Part shown: positions 1 through 9,381 of the stretch, in pieces | Numbering within the stretch: position 1 is the first letter of the stretch | How the letters are laid out: each line of letters begins with the position of its first letter | Origin: a virus | Taxonomy: Duplodnaviria; Caudoviricetes | Length of the DNA: 64,000 nt | Strand: one strand, 5' to 3' | IMG/VR virus record: IMGVR_UViG_3300032038_000072 | Location: 2,384 to 66,383 of that record | Notes under the pieces: generated by a model | The model's input: only the letters and a program-made list of their open reading frames with translations | Told to the model about the DNA's origin: nothing | Databases searched by the model: none | Translations under genes and position numbers: made by a program

Positions 1-672
1 TGATAGCTGGTCGCCTATGTTTACGGATTTCGCCATCATGCGTTTCCCGGTTCGTTCCGCAAACGGAACCTTTGCATAGTAGTCTACGCTGTCAAACTTC
101 GTTTCCATGCAGTTTGCATATTCTTCATCCGACATGTACGAAACATCCACTTTCATGTTGTGCAAGATTTCGTCCAACAGCCACCAGTTTTCTTCCGGCA
201 CAACAGGGTACAGAAGTTCTTTGATTTTGTCGTGCCGTATGTTGTCGTAAAACTTTGACAAATCCTTGAACCCGATGTACCCGTCGTTGTTTCCGTTTTT
301 CAACCAGTAGTTATGCAAATCTTTTTCAAACTGCGCCCTTGCGAACGAAACGCCTTTTCCCTTTTGGCTTGCGCCGTTGTTGTGGATCAGATACGGTTTT
401 GTGCAGGGGCCGATAACCTCATCGCATAAAGCGTGGCGAACCACCCTGTCGCGAATCCTGCCACCGTGTATGTGCCGTATCTTCCCTCGTTCGCACAGCG
501 TAAACTCCGAGCCAGGAAGCGTCTTGTATGTTCGTGTATTCAATTCAGTCTGCAAGCAGGAAAGCTGATATAGCCAGTCGTGTTCAAATACCTGCGGCTC
601 CCGTTTCCATGCGCTTCCTATCAGAGAAGCGCGAAAGGCACGATAAAGCACATTCATGTCTGCAATATACAC
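1..672 (-). CDS. DGR reverse transcriptase, N-terminal part (runs off window before YxDD)
   Basis: Manual translation from GTG672 after AAGGAG: VYIADMNVLYRAFRAS...RGKIRHI...IRDRVVRHAL...GASQKGKG...DLSKFYDNIRHD...IGDQLS; open to base 1. Confidence 0.93.
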   Translation of the reverse strand, partial: MYIADMNVLYRAFRASLIGSAWKREPQVFEHDWLYQLSCLQTELNTRTYKTLPGSEFTLCERGKIRHIHGGRIRDRVVRHALCDEVIGPCTKPYLIHNNGASQKGKGVSFARAQFEKDLHNYWLKNGNNDGYIGFKDLSKFYDNIRHDKIKELLYPVVPEENWWLLDEILHNMKVDVSYMSDEEYANCMETKFDSVDYYAKVPFAERTGKRMMAKSVNIGDQLS

Positions 673-846
673 AATCCAGCTCCTTATAATGTCCGCCTGT
701 TAAACCCCGTGTAGCACATTGTCGTAACGCTGTGCATAGGGTAAGCCATGCGGTAACTCCGGCATTTTATGCCGCTTGCATTTAGGTTTCCCAAAGACAA
801 CCTTTCCTTTCGCTATCAGCCCATCAAATGAGAGGGCGTTGGAAAT

Positions 847-958
847 CGGGCGAACGCCATTAGAGTTCGACGCGTTGTTGTTGTTCGCATTCCCGTTGTT
901 GTTGACATTCGCGAAGTTCGTGCCGGACGCAACCGCACGAAGCCACCAGTTCGCACGT
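847..958 (-). repeat. DGR template repeat (TR)
   Basis: Ungapped match to 1587-1698 (offset 740); 28 sense-strand adenines including 13 AAY codons. Confidence 0.97.
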
Positions 959-971
959 ATCAAAAGTTGCC

Positions 972-1520
972 TTATATTTCTTCGTTCTTCGGTTTTCGAT
1001 TCAGAAACCGGTTTGCGGACCTGCGTACACCTTTTACCATTCCGATGATTGCTTCTATCTCCTGGGAGACAAAAGCAAACTTATTGATGTCGCATGGCAG
1101 CACTTCTGCAATATACTGCAATTCCTGCTTTAGACTGAACAGCCAACCGATACATTCATCAAGATGTTCTCTACGTTTACGAAACTCCGCAACCCTTGCT
1201 TCGCCGGTCGGAAAGATGCTGTTGCCGATTTCAAATTCGCAGATTATCCGCCTTGTAATATCCCGCGTGATAATCGTTTCTTCTGCAACAAAATCGGCGT
1301 AATAGCTTTCATTCTTATTACGCATCCTTGCCACCATTTCTTCCTTGCGTTCAAAATTGGTTACGCCGGTTTCAAACCGCTGAATTTTTTCTTCAAACTT
1401 TTGTTGGTCGTAGCCAAAGTCGTTGATGGCAAGTTCTGTAACTGTAAGGCGTAACTTATGTAATTTGCGTGGAGTTTCAAAATCGTGTTTCTTTCTTTTT
1501 GATTTCGGTACACTACCCAT
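972..1520 (-). CDS. avd: DGR accessory variability determinant-like four-helix-bundle protein
   Basis: Lies between VR gene and TR; AGGAG SD before ATG1520; basic N-terminus, NSIFP...RR...L.QELQY motif. Confidence 0.8.
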   Translation of the reverse strand: MGSVPKSKRKKHDFETPRKLHKLRLTVTELAINDFGYDQQKFEEKIQRFETGVTNFERKEEMVARMRNKNESYYADFVAEETIITRDITRRIICEFEIGNSIFPTGEARVAEFRKRREHLDECIGWLFSLKQELQYIAEVLPCDINKFAFVSQEIEAIIGMVKGVRRSANRFLNRKPKNEEI

Positions 1521-1532
1521 ATGATCTCCTTG

Positions 1533-1564
1533 CCGCAACCGGGGACAAGCCCCGGAGATTGCGG
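1533..1564 (-). other. GC-rich hairpin immediately 3' of VR gene stop (DGR target-recognition hairpin candidate)
   Basis: CCGGGG/CCCCGG stem (1539-1544/1550-1555) extended by CCGCAA/TTGCGG (1533-1538/1559-1564). Confidence 0.7.
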
Positions 1565-1565
1565 A

Positions 1566-2486
1566 TTAAGATTTGATAGCAAAAGCCGGGCGAACGCCAA
1601 AAGAGTACGACGCGTCGTAGGTGTCCGCATACCCGTGGGCGACGACATACGCGAAGGACGCGCCGGACGCAACCGCACGAAGCCACCAGGGCGCACGGTT
1701 TGTAATCCGCGACGGTTCTAACGCAAACAAGGGTAACTGTCCTTTGCCAATGCCTGTTTCGTACCCATGATTAGAACCCCATGCTCCATGCCCGTAAACC
1801 ATAGATTCGTTCATCAGCTCAAACGTGCTGTCGTACCACGCCCAGCCGCTTGATGCGCCGTTTGTTACAGCATTGGTTAATAACTCTCTGTGGTTTAAGA
1901 TGTGTGCGGAACCAAACGCGTTGTTAATCGCCGTCTGCGCTGCAGATTTCCCGGTGTTACTGTTCGTTCCTTTGTAATAGTCACTGCCTACATACGCGCC
2001 GGTCGTTACATTCGTTTTGTTCATCGTGCAAGATGCAAGAATCGTGTCAGGCACAATCACAACGTGATGTGTCGTACATTCTGTATCACCACAGTGTAAC
2101 CAGTAATCGAACGCCGCGATACGCCAGTTTACGTTGTTGATCGTCCAGTAGTCGCCGATGAACAGGTTGTCGAACGTGCCTGCCGCAATCGCCGCATACT
2201 GGTCTGCCGTAACGGACGAACCCAGGCTCTTACCACGATAAACGCTGTTGTGATACCCCGCGTTGTTTTCAATAGGTAAGTATTTTGCCAGCTCCCTTTT
2301 TACAAACGCGGTAGAAGCAGACCTTACTGATTCATCGGTTTCCGGCTCTGTCACGCCGCTGATGGAACCGGTAGTCGCGATAGTCCCGGCATGAAGCGCA
2401 TCCGTATGAACGCCGCCCCACTTCTTCACGCTCGTTCCAAGACTGCCTTCGCCGTCCGCTCTCGGTACGATGTTTCTTGTAGTCAT
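1566..2486 (-). CDS. DGR target: tail fibre/receptor-binding protein with C-terminal CLec-type variable domain
   Basis: C-terminal WWLR...GVRP region carries the VR; fibre-like N-terminus; at end of tail module. Confidence 0.9.
   Translation of the reverse strand: MTTRNIVPRADGEGSLGTSVKKWGGVHTDALHAGTIATTGSISGVTEPETDESVRSASTAFVKRELAKYLPIENNAGYHNSVYRGKSLGSSVTADQYAAIAAGTFDNLFIGDYWTINNVNWRIAAFDYWLHCGDTECTTHHVVIVPDTILASCTMNKTNVTTGAYVGSDYYKGTNSNTGKSAAQTAINNAFGSAHILNHRELLTNAVTNGASSGWAWYDSTFELMNESMVYGHGAWGSNHGYETGIGKGQLPLFALEPSRITNRAPWWLRAVASGASFAYVVAHGYADTYDASYSFGVRPAFAIKS
1587..1698 (-). repeat. DGR variable repeat (VR)
   Basis: 20 mismatches to TR in 112 bp, every one at a TR adenine. Confidence 0.97.
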
Positions 2487-2489
2487 GTT

Positions 2490-3275
2490 TTAATCACCCT
2501 CGCTTTCTATTGTTTCTTCAATAGGCTCTATGTCTCCGTTGCTGTCCTGCTCCCACAAATCATTGCTTAATTGTGGCAGTTCTTTCGGCATAAGCGAACC
2601 GAATCCGTCGATTTCCCAAATGCCGTCTGTAACCAGTGCTGTCCACTCCTGCAATATCTGCAGCACCTGCGCCAAGTATTCAGGCGTGTTTATTGCAAGT
2701 ATCGCCGCATAGGAGTTTTCCGCCGCATCCGCAAAATGCTTCGCAGAATAATGTACGATTTCATGCTGCGTGTCACCTGCTTTGTAAAACGGATCTTCGG
2801 ATTCCGCAAAGTTCTCTGCATCCTGCAAGTAATCGTCAAAATACTCCCTTGTATCCTCGATAAGTTGCTCAATCACATCATCCGAAAGATTGGAACCCAT
2901 GCCAGCTCCGTCGTTCAGGCCTGCATACATCAGAAACCCGTCAAAGGGTGCGCTTGCCGTAATCGTCACGTTGGTGTCGTTCATGCTGATGTTGGCGGCT
3001 GGCACCATCGTGCTAACGCCGGTGCTGTAGTTTGTTTCGTACACACCGAACACGGCGTTGCCGTTGTGTGGGATAGTCAAAGCGTATCCGCCTGTTACTA
3101 CATGCCAATGAACGGAATCAGATTTGAAATATACCTGCCTTGCGCTGCGCAGGTTTAAGATGTTGTAGATTTCTTCAACTTCCAAGTTGTACTTCCGCGC
3201 AAAATCATTTACTGTGTCTTTTCCTACACCGATATTGACTTTTTGGGAAGGCTTGTACTTTATAGGTGTTGCCAT
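2490..3275 (-). CDS. Putative tail fibre attachment/structural protein
   Basis: Between nozzle and RBP genes; two C-terminal WExDxxGxxxP motifs. Confidence 0.55.
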   Translation of the reverse strand: MATPIKYKPSQKVNIGVGKDTVNDFARKYNLEVEEIYNILNLRSARQVYFKSDSVHWHVVTGGYALTIPHNGNAVFGVYETNYSTGVSTMVPAANISMNDTNVTITASAPFDGFLMYAGLNDGAGMGSNLSDDVIEQLIEDTREYFDDYLQDAENFAESEDPFYKAGDTQHEIVHYSAKHFADAAENSYAAILAINTPEYLAQVLQILQEWTALVTDGIWEIDGFGSLMPKELPQLSNDLWEQDSNGDIEPIEETIESEGD

Positions 3276-3278
3276 AGC

Positions 3279-4844
3279 CTACACCTCCACCCTGTCATAA
3301 GAAATATAGTTTAATATGAACGGGAAACCGCTTCCGGTCAGTTCAACGGTCATCATGTGGTCGCGGTATATCTGCCGCTTCTTGTAATGCAGCGACATGC
3401 CGTGATAAGCACGTTCCCCGTTCAGGAACACGTCTTCCGAATTATCGCTCACCCACTGCGTGTCGCTTTCGTTCCGCTCTCCGTCTACCGGGGAATACGG
3501 CGGTTCCGGTATCTCGTTCGTAACGCCTACTCTGCGTAGTCGTTTGTCATCGAAGCTTTTCACCCTGTCCGGGAACGGCACAACGATTTTTCCGACCATC
3601 ACTTTCGCAACCGCGCTTTCGTAAAAGTCGATTAACGGTACAATGCCCAGGTCTACCTTTTTAACCAGTATGTCGTTGTAGCTTGCTTCCGTCTTGAACT
3701 TGACGCGATATTCCAACGGTTCTTTGTTGTCCTGCGCCACTTCGTCCGATGCGGCTAATTCGCTAATCACATTACGCTTGATAATTGTGTTGCCGACAAT
3801 ATCCACTACATCGGAATTGAAATACCGCTGGAAAAAGGTCTGCGTGTTGCAGTCGAACACAAGCACCCATTGGCTCCCGGTCACAAACCATAACTGGTTC
3901 AGTTCCGGGTTGAACCGCATCTTTGTCTTTGCGGGCAGGCTTGCGATTTCGTTTTCCACCTGCTTGCCTACATAATTGACCGGCATGTTTCCGTAATCGT
4001 CCGTAGGGCTTATCTGTTGCAGCGTCCGTTCCCCAAGAATGAACACGTTACTCCCAACCGAAGCGAACGCAGCCATGCCTTTGCAGATGCCTTGCGAGGT
4101 AACTTCCTTTATCGTCCAGTCTGGGAACTCGTTCTCCAGCCGGAATATCTTGCCGTTGTCCTTAATAATCAGGACGTAGCTTTGCAGGTTTATCAGACCT
4201 ATGATGCGACCGCCGGATTTGTAACCAATCTGTGTAAAGATGGCGGCGGACGGGTCGTTGCTGTCCTGCGTCCAGTTGGTTTCGTCACCGACTGCGGAGT
4301 ACAGCAGGTTGTCGTCACCGTCAAACACAAACACACGACCGGAACGCACATATACGCCGCGACTGTCCGGCGGGCTTTGGATGATGGTGTTCATCTTGTA
4401 AACGACAGCGGTTTGGTCTTCTTCCGGATCGGACGCACCTACATACTTGATGTACTGTAAGTACCCACCGCTCGCCACAAGCACACCGTCTTCCCAGTTC
4501 GCCGTAATTACTTCTTCGTCGCCGTTCAGCTCCCCGATGTGGATAAACTGCAGGTCGTCCATCATAGCGTAGGAGTTTCCGTCCTTGCAGAACAGCAGCA
4601 ATACCTTGTTGATGTCGTCCCATGCGGCGGCTTTGATGTCAGACGTGATAAACTGGCTTACGTCCAGTATGTCGTTTGTTCCGCGCACCGTCCGCAGTTT
4701 TCCGGCATTGTCGATTTCCATGTTGCACAAAAAGCTCATTTGGTTCGGTGCAATCATTTCATCGGAAGCCGATGTGTTTAAGCCCCCGGAAAAGTCCGCC
4801 AACATCACCGGCTGTTGGTTTTGATGTTTCGTAGATGGCCTCAT
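3279..4844 (-). CDS. Tail nozzle/head-stabilising protein (P22 gp10-like beta-propeller)
   Basis: 521 aa, beta-rich, N-terminal DFSGGLN motif, follows adaptor genes. Confidence 0.7.
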   Translation of the reverse strand: MRPSTKHQNQQPVMLADFSGGLNTSASDEMIAPNQMSFLCNMEIDNAGKLRTVRGTNDILDVSQFITSDIKAAAWDDINKVLLLFCKDGNSYAMMDDLQFIHIGELNGDEEVITANWEDGVLVASGGYLQYIKYVGASDPEEDQTAVVYKMNTIIQSPPDSRGVYVRSGRVFVFDGDDNLLYSAVGDETNWTQDSNDPSAAIFTQIGYKSGGRIIGLINLQSYVLIIKDNGKIFRLENEFPDWTIKEVTSQGICKGMAAFASVGSNVFILGERTLQQISPTDDYGNMPVNYVGKQVENEIASLPAKTKMRFNPELNQLWFVTGSQWVLVFDCNTQTFFQRYFNSDVVDIVGNTIIKRNVISELAASDEVAQDNKEPLEYRVKFKTEASYNDILVKKVDLGIVPLIDFYESAVAKVMVGKIVVPFPDRVKSFDDKRLRRVGVTNEIPEPPYSPVDGERNESDTQWVSDNSEDVFLNGERAYHGMSLHYKKRQIYRDHMMTVELTGSGFPFILNYISYDRVEV

Positions 4845-5359
4845 TGCACTGCACCACCTATCCCTGCGCCTATCGTAGCGGACAACGCCGCATTGATTTC
4901 ATCCAGGAGCGCCTTGTCCTGCGAAATTTCGTTTTCTAACTGGTTGCCGCAGTAGATAGCCGCCAACTTAATCGTCGTTTGGTTCAACGCGTCGTGTGCA
5001 AACGGCATGTCGTCGTCCTTCGTGACAGCAGGGCATGTTGCAAAGTACCGGACTTTAATAAACGGTTTTTCCTCGGATTCTTCTTCCGGTGCTTCGTATT
5101 CAAGCCATTTCATCTTGTTTCCGGTAATCTTTACCGGATATACGCCTGCCGTCTTTACAAAGTTCTCCGGCAACGTGGTTTCCTCGTCGGTCACTTCCAT
5201 ATCTTTGACCATGATGGGGCTGTTTCTGCCAACAAGGAACGCAGACACATACTGTATGGCTTCGTTCAGGCAGTTGACCAGCTCGTCATCTGTCATTTCA
5301 ATTATGTCTTTGTCGTGTATCTTGAAGCGCAGGTCTTGTAACGCTTCGCTTACATACAT
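4841..5359 (-). CDS. Head-tail adaptor protein
   Basis: Helical N-terminus (DDELVNCLNEA), LPENF motif, synteny after MCP; similar to 5377-6036. Confidence 0.6.
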   Translation of the reverse strand: MYVSEALQDLRFKIHDKDIIEMTDDELVNCLNEAIQYVSAFLVGRNSPIMVKDMEVTDEETTLPENFVKTAGVYPVKITGNKMKWLEYEAPEEESEEKPFIKVRYFATCPAVTKDDDMPFAHDALNQTTIKLAAIYCGNQLENEISQDKALLDEINAALSATIGAGIGGAVQ

Positions 5360-5376
5360 AACGCATCACCCGCCCT

Positions 5377-6036
5377 TTATACTTTAAAAGGCATACGGAC
5401 TTTCACATTGTTGTACCGTCTTCCTGGTATCAGGTTGTCTGTTACACGACTTACCTCGCGCATCAGCACATCGGTTTCGGGATTCTGCAGCAGTATCATC
5501 ACCGTGACCTTCGCCAACAGTTCGGAAAAGGTTTCCGGCAGTTCTATCACTGCTTCCGGGTCGGATAGCTCGCTGAATTTAAGCTGCGGTATTTCTGCCC
5601 TGTACAACAAATCAAAGTCTGTATTTGTATAAATTCTTCCGTTTACAACTTTATATTGCCCCGTTTGGTACGGGTTGATCTGTTCCACCGCCGGTATCGG
5701 TGACATATGGTAGCAATCCTTTGTGCGGATAATGTCTACCAAAGAGATCAAGTCTTCCGGCAGTTCAACCCCGGTCGTCGGGAAGTCGTAAAGCGGCTTC
5801 GGTTCCTCGTCCGGGTGTTCTTCGTTCCACGCTATCACTTCCGCGTTCATTTCTTCCTGAACGTAGTGCTGAATCTTTTCCAAAAAGTCGCTGTTCTTCA
5901 TCGCCTTGTCCTGATTCAGATAGCGCAGACACTCGTTTAGTGCTTCCATTACGTCATAGTCGCTGTAAAGCACTTCGTCTATATCTTTCGCTTTGTACCG
6001 TATGCGGTACATCAGCCGTTTTATGTTGATTGCCAT
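5377..6036 (-). CDS. Head-tail adaptor protein
   Basis: YSDYDVMEALNE and ELPEDL motifs; synteny. Confidence 0.6.
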   Translation of the reverse strand: MAINIKRLMYRIRYKAKDIDEVLYSDYDVMEALNECLRYLNQDKAMKNSDFLEKIQHYVQEEMNAEVIAWNEEHPDEEPKPLYDFPTTGVELPEDLISLVDIIRTKDCYHMSPIPAVEQINPYQTGQYKVVNGRIYTNTDFDLLYRAEIPQLKFSELSDPEAVIELPETFSELLAKVTVMILLQNPETDVLMREVSRVTDNLIPGRRYNNVKVRMPFKV

Positions 6037-6048
6037 TTGCTCACCGCC

Positions 6049-6402
6049 TTACTTCGTGGTGAAAAACTTTTTCTTGTACTCCACCTTGAACTGTGGGTTC
6101 AGGCGAAGGAACATGTCAAAATAGTGCGTATAATGTGCGATATCCCCTACGGAGCGGTAGAACGCAGCCTTCCGTAACATCGGGTCCAGCGTCCACAGTT
6201 CCATCGGAATCTCCGCCTTTATCAGCACCTCGTCGCTACCTGATCCCAGTCTGCCGCCCATCTCGTTGTCCATCTTTACCTGATTGATGGCATCGTCCAA
6301 CGAAATGGTCGTCTTCAGGTGGTAGCGTTCCTTTCCGTCTGCGTCAAACTCGGTGTCGAATTCCTGCCGGTTGACGTTGGACGGTTCGTATGCATCACTC
6401 AT
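6049..6402 (-). CDS. Hypothetical virion-module protein
   Basis: 117-aa ORF with AAGGGG SD directly after MCP. Confidence 0.7.
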   Translation of the reverse strand: MSDAYEPSNVNRQEFDTEFDADGKERYHLKTTISLDDAINQVKMDNEMGGRLGSGSDEVLIKAEIPMELWTLDPMLRKAAFYRSVGDIAHYTHYFDMFLRLNPQFKVEYKKKFFTTK

Positions 6403-6430
6403 TTTCGTTCCCCTTATCCTCTAAAACCAC

Positions 6431-6495
6431 AAAAAGAATTCAGGCCCTGACTACGCGGCACATGCTATGCACAGAATAATCAGAGCCTTGAATCT
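6431..6495 (-). terminator. Long stem-loop with U tail downstream of MCP
   Basis: Arms 6436-6453 and 6477-6494 pair (with GU); followed by TTTT on the minus strand. Confidence 0.5.
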
Positions 6496-6535
6496 TAACT
6501 TATCGGGATGATCCCCTAAACGGCCCTCACGGGAA

Positions 6536-7726
6536 TCATGCCTTGATGTTGATGATGGCTGCGGAAGACAGCGGCTGGTCGAATTTCAGGCCGATGCTGG
6601 ATTCGATAACGAATTCAGAATAGTTACCTTTTTTAGCCAGGCCCTGCACCTTACGGGTCTTCTCAAACCATTTCTTTTCAAGGTACTGGGAGTCCAGCGC
6701 CAAGATCATGCTGTCCGGGAACCACAGATGCGGTTTGCACTGCACTTCGCCAAAGTCGGTTTCCAGCGTGGTAGCGATCAGGTTGGTCTTCTTTTCGCCG
6801 GATTTCCGGGTGGTGTAGCTCATCGCATTCACGATTTCGGAGAAACGTGCTTTGTTATGCGGGGAAGCCCACAGGGTGTCCGGGGAACCGCCACGGCGAT
6901 AGGCCATTTCCATTGCGGAGTTGATGTCGGCAACGGTGAAGTCGGCTGCGTTGTTCAGGTCAACCACGTTGTTCATTACGCATACTACAGTAGAGCCTGC
7001 AGTGCTCGGAATGATTTCCGCACTCGCGGTACCTTCTACAGCATCTTTCATGTTGTCGTAGATATTGAAGATGGTAGCCGGGGTAGTGGAATCCAGCCGT
7101 ACATAGTACAGGGTGTTCTTCTTCAGGCCGGTCGGCATGGTCGCCGCATCGAAGTACACGAAGTCACCGGTACGCAGGTTGTGAGCCGCGGAAGTGGTAA
7201 TTTTGCCTGTGCTGGTGTTCACGGTTGCGCCCAAGGTCTTTTTCTGCATGAAGTAGGGCAGACCACCGGTCATAGCTTCTACAGCTGCAGTGCCAGCCAC
7301 TTTGGAAGCATTGTTAACGAACGCATACTCGATGTCACGGGCGTGTTCGGTGAATGCTTTGGTCAACTGACGGTTGAATTCGTCACCGCCGCGATAAACC
7401 TTGCGGGCTTTACGCTGCATGTCGGTTACACAACCGCTGGTCATGAAAATCTGAACCACGTTGTCCAGTGCTTCCATGCTGCCAACCGGATGGCTGGTGT
7501 AGTCTTCTTTTTCAAGATGTTTGTTGACCATCGGGGGATGCAGTTCTTCAGTGGGCCAGCTAAAAGCCGGTTCTACTGCATTGGGTCCATCAGGAATAGA
7601 AGATAAGAAAGGAGTTTTGTCAGGAGTAATACTGGTAATGATCGGGGAAATGTCTTCAGCGTTGCCCCAAGCATCGAACGTAAAACTCTGATTTGCGGAA
7701 GGTCCCGCGTCGCGAATTACTGCCAT
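6536..7726 (-). CDS. Major capsid protein (DUF5309/SU10-like) with inserted beta domain
   Basis: Follows scaffold; ISPIITSITPDKTPFLS, N.VQIF and ESSIGLKF motifs; strong GAGGTG SD. Confidence 0.85.
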   Translation of the reverse strand: MAVIRDAGPSANQSFTFDAWGNAEDISPIITSITPDKTPFLSSIPDGPNAVEPAFSWPTEELHPPMVNKHLEKEDYTSHPVGSMEALDNVVQIFMTSGCVTDMQRKARKVYRGGDEFNRQLTKAFTEHARDIEYAFVNNASKVAGTAAVEAMTGGLPYFMQKKTLGATVNTSTGKITTSAAHNLRTGDFVYFDAATMPTGLKKNTLYYVRLDSTTPATIFNIYDNMKDAVEGTASAEIIPSTAGSTVVCVMNNVVDLNNAADFTVADINSAMEMAYRRGGSPDTLWASPHNKARFSEIVNAMSYTTRKSGEKKTNLIATTLETDFGEVQCKPHLWFPDSMILALDSQYLEKKWFEKTRKVQGLAKKGNYSEFVIESSIGLKFDQPLSSAAIINIKA

Positions 7727-7760
7727 TTTAAATCACCTCGTATTAAAAATTTTTTATTAT

Positions 7761-7795
7761 AAAACCGCCGTCAGGTTGGCTTCCCGGCGGCGGTT
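7761..7795 (-). terminator. Hairpin between scaffold and MCP genes
   Basis: ACCGCCG...CGGCGGT inverted repeat followed by TTTT on the minus strand. Confidence 0.45.
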
Positions 7796-7821
7796 CTATG
7801 CGAAATAAGTAATATTGTGTA

Positions 7822-9015
7822 TTAATCGTCAAAGAAGTTGCCGAACATCTGCCCGATGGCGGCTTCCCTCTGTTTCTTTGTCATCCCGCCCAAAGCGGAA
7901 AGCGGTGTGGTCTGCCTCGGTGCTTCCCCACCGTTGCCCGGTGTCTCCACAAATGCAGGCTTCTGCGCCTGCGGGGCAAGCCCTACGCCCTCTCGTTTCG
8001 AGTAGAATTCCAGTCTGGTATCGTTGTAGACTTCCTGTAAAGCGGGCAAATCTGCCATCGTAAGCTGTCCGTTCGCCAGCTTCTGCAACAGCGGTACGAT
8101 CTGCGCCGCTTTCTGGTACGGCATATCGTTCACCCTGGTAATCATCAGCTTGTCAATCGCATCGAAATTCGGCTCTTTCTTCCGCATCTCGTTGGTGAAC
8201 GCCACGACCGTTTCGTAAGCCTGTGCATGGTCTGCCCGTTCCGCTTCCTGCACCCGGCGGATGTTCTCCACATCCTGCATGATGCGGCTGCGGTTGTTCT
8301 CGATAGCCGCCTTGTAAGCGGATACCTTGTCCAACAGTTCCTGGTCGTCGGAATACTCCGCAACGTCCAGCTCATCCTGTGTGATACCCACTTCCTGCAT
8401 CGCCCGTTCCTGGGCCATGCGGTTCACGTTAGCGTAATATTCCTTGGCCTGCGCCACCTCGTCCTGCTGTGTAGGCTGCTCTGCGGGAGCTTGCTGCGGC
8501 TGCGGAGCCGGTGCTGTAGGCTGTGGAATGGGGGGAGTGTACGGAAACGGATTGACGGTCTGTTGCTGTCTCGTCTGCAACATCTGTGCAAACTGCAGCA
8601 TCTCGTTGCCGTTATATTTGGCCTGTTCCTGCTGTGTCTGTTGCTGTGTTTCAGGCGGTTTCGGTGCAGCAGGCTGTGCCTTATACGGTGGTGTTTCCGT
8701 ACTCTCCTCGGCCTCCTCTTCTTTCGGCATCGTGGATATTACTTCGTTCCTGCCGGTCCTCGGATTGAACACCAGCTTAAACGAACCTTTTTCCGATTGT
8801 GCCACAGAATTATCTTCCGCTCCTGTGGTGGCGGTGGCAGGAGGTATGGATCCACCACCACCTCCAGAAGCCGGACTTTCACTTGGATGAGTTTCAGCAG
8901 TAGATGCTGTTGCCGCCGTGTCCACCGGGGCAGAGCTGGTAGTAGAGGGGGAATCATTACCAACCGCACCTGCGCTGAAACCTGACTGCGATGTCATGTT
9001 ACCTTCGTTTCCCAT
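7822..9015 (-). CDS. Capsid scaffolding protein
   Basis: P/Q/T-rich N-half, helical C-half, directly upstream of MCP. Confidence 0.75.
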   Translation of the reverse strand: MGNEGNMTSQSGFSAGAVGNDSPSTTSSAPVDTAATASTAETHPSESPASGGGGGSIPPATATTGAEDNSVAQSEKGSFKLVFNPRTGRNEVISTMPKEEEAEESTETPPYKAQPAAPKPPETQQQTQQEQAKYNGNEMLQFAQMLQTRQQQTVNPFPYTPPIPQPTAPAPQPQQAPAEQPTQQDEVAQAKEYYANVNRMAQERAMQEVGITQDELDVAEYSDDQELLDKVSAYKAAIENNRSRIMQDVENIRRVQEAERADHAQAYETVVAFTNEMRKKEPNFDAIDKLMITRVNDMPYQKAAQIVPLLQKLANGQLTMADLPALQEVYNDTRLEFYSKREGVGLAPQAQKPAFVETPGNGGEAPRQTTPLSALGGMTKKQREAAIGQMFGNFFDD

Positions 9016-9021
9016 TCTTTC

Positions 9022-9381
9022 TTACTCTCCTTTCCTCTTTTTCATCTCTTCCATCGTCTGCTCTTTTAAAGCAGCCTTTCCGATAAGGGCATCGAACTCA
9101 CCCTGCAACGCAAGGCAAGCCTTGTAATACGCCCTGATCTCCATCAGCCTTTCGGGGGTGGATGCAGACTTAATGCTTTCCAGCACCTCGTCTTCCACCC
9201 CGTCCAGGAAAATGTCTATGACCTCACGGGCTTCTTTAGCCTTGTCGCCCAGGCTGACCACCTGTTGGAGCAGGGCTTTGCGCTGTCTGTCCCGGGCCTG
9301 CTGTCTGACCGGGGTTCCTATTTGCGCCAGCTCTGTCCGAAGCTGTCGGTATTGGGAGTTTCTTGTTGAATTCCTTAACAC
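9022..9381 (-). CDS. Small helical protein between portal and scaffold
   Basis: GTG start with AAAGAGG SD; overlaps portal 3' end in the +1 frame. Confidence 0.7.
   Translation of the reverse strand: MLRNSTRNSQYRQLRTELAQIGTPVRQQARDRQRKALLQQVVSLGDKAKEAREVIDIFLDGVEDEVLESIKSASTPERLMEIRAYYKACLALQGEFDALIGKAALKEQTMEEMKKRKGE

Larger units (their letters stand above)
1..2486 (-). mobile_element. Diversity-generating retroelement cassette (target-avd-TR-RT)
   Basis: TR/VR pair differing only at TR adenines, Avd-like gene and RT gene in BPP-1-like arrangement. Confidence 0.97.

Noticed and set aside
700-963. 87-aa ORF MIRANWWLR...NNNN
   Set aside because: It is the translation of the DGR template repeat and spacer, not a protein gene.
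6728-7606. Long plus-strand ORFs opposite MCP (also 8227-8985, 10706-11389, 44569-45489, 57589-58653, 59876-60598)
   Set aside because: Antisense shadows of codon-biased genes; no SD, unnatural composition.
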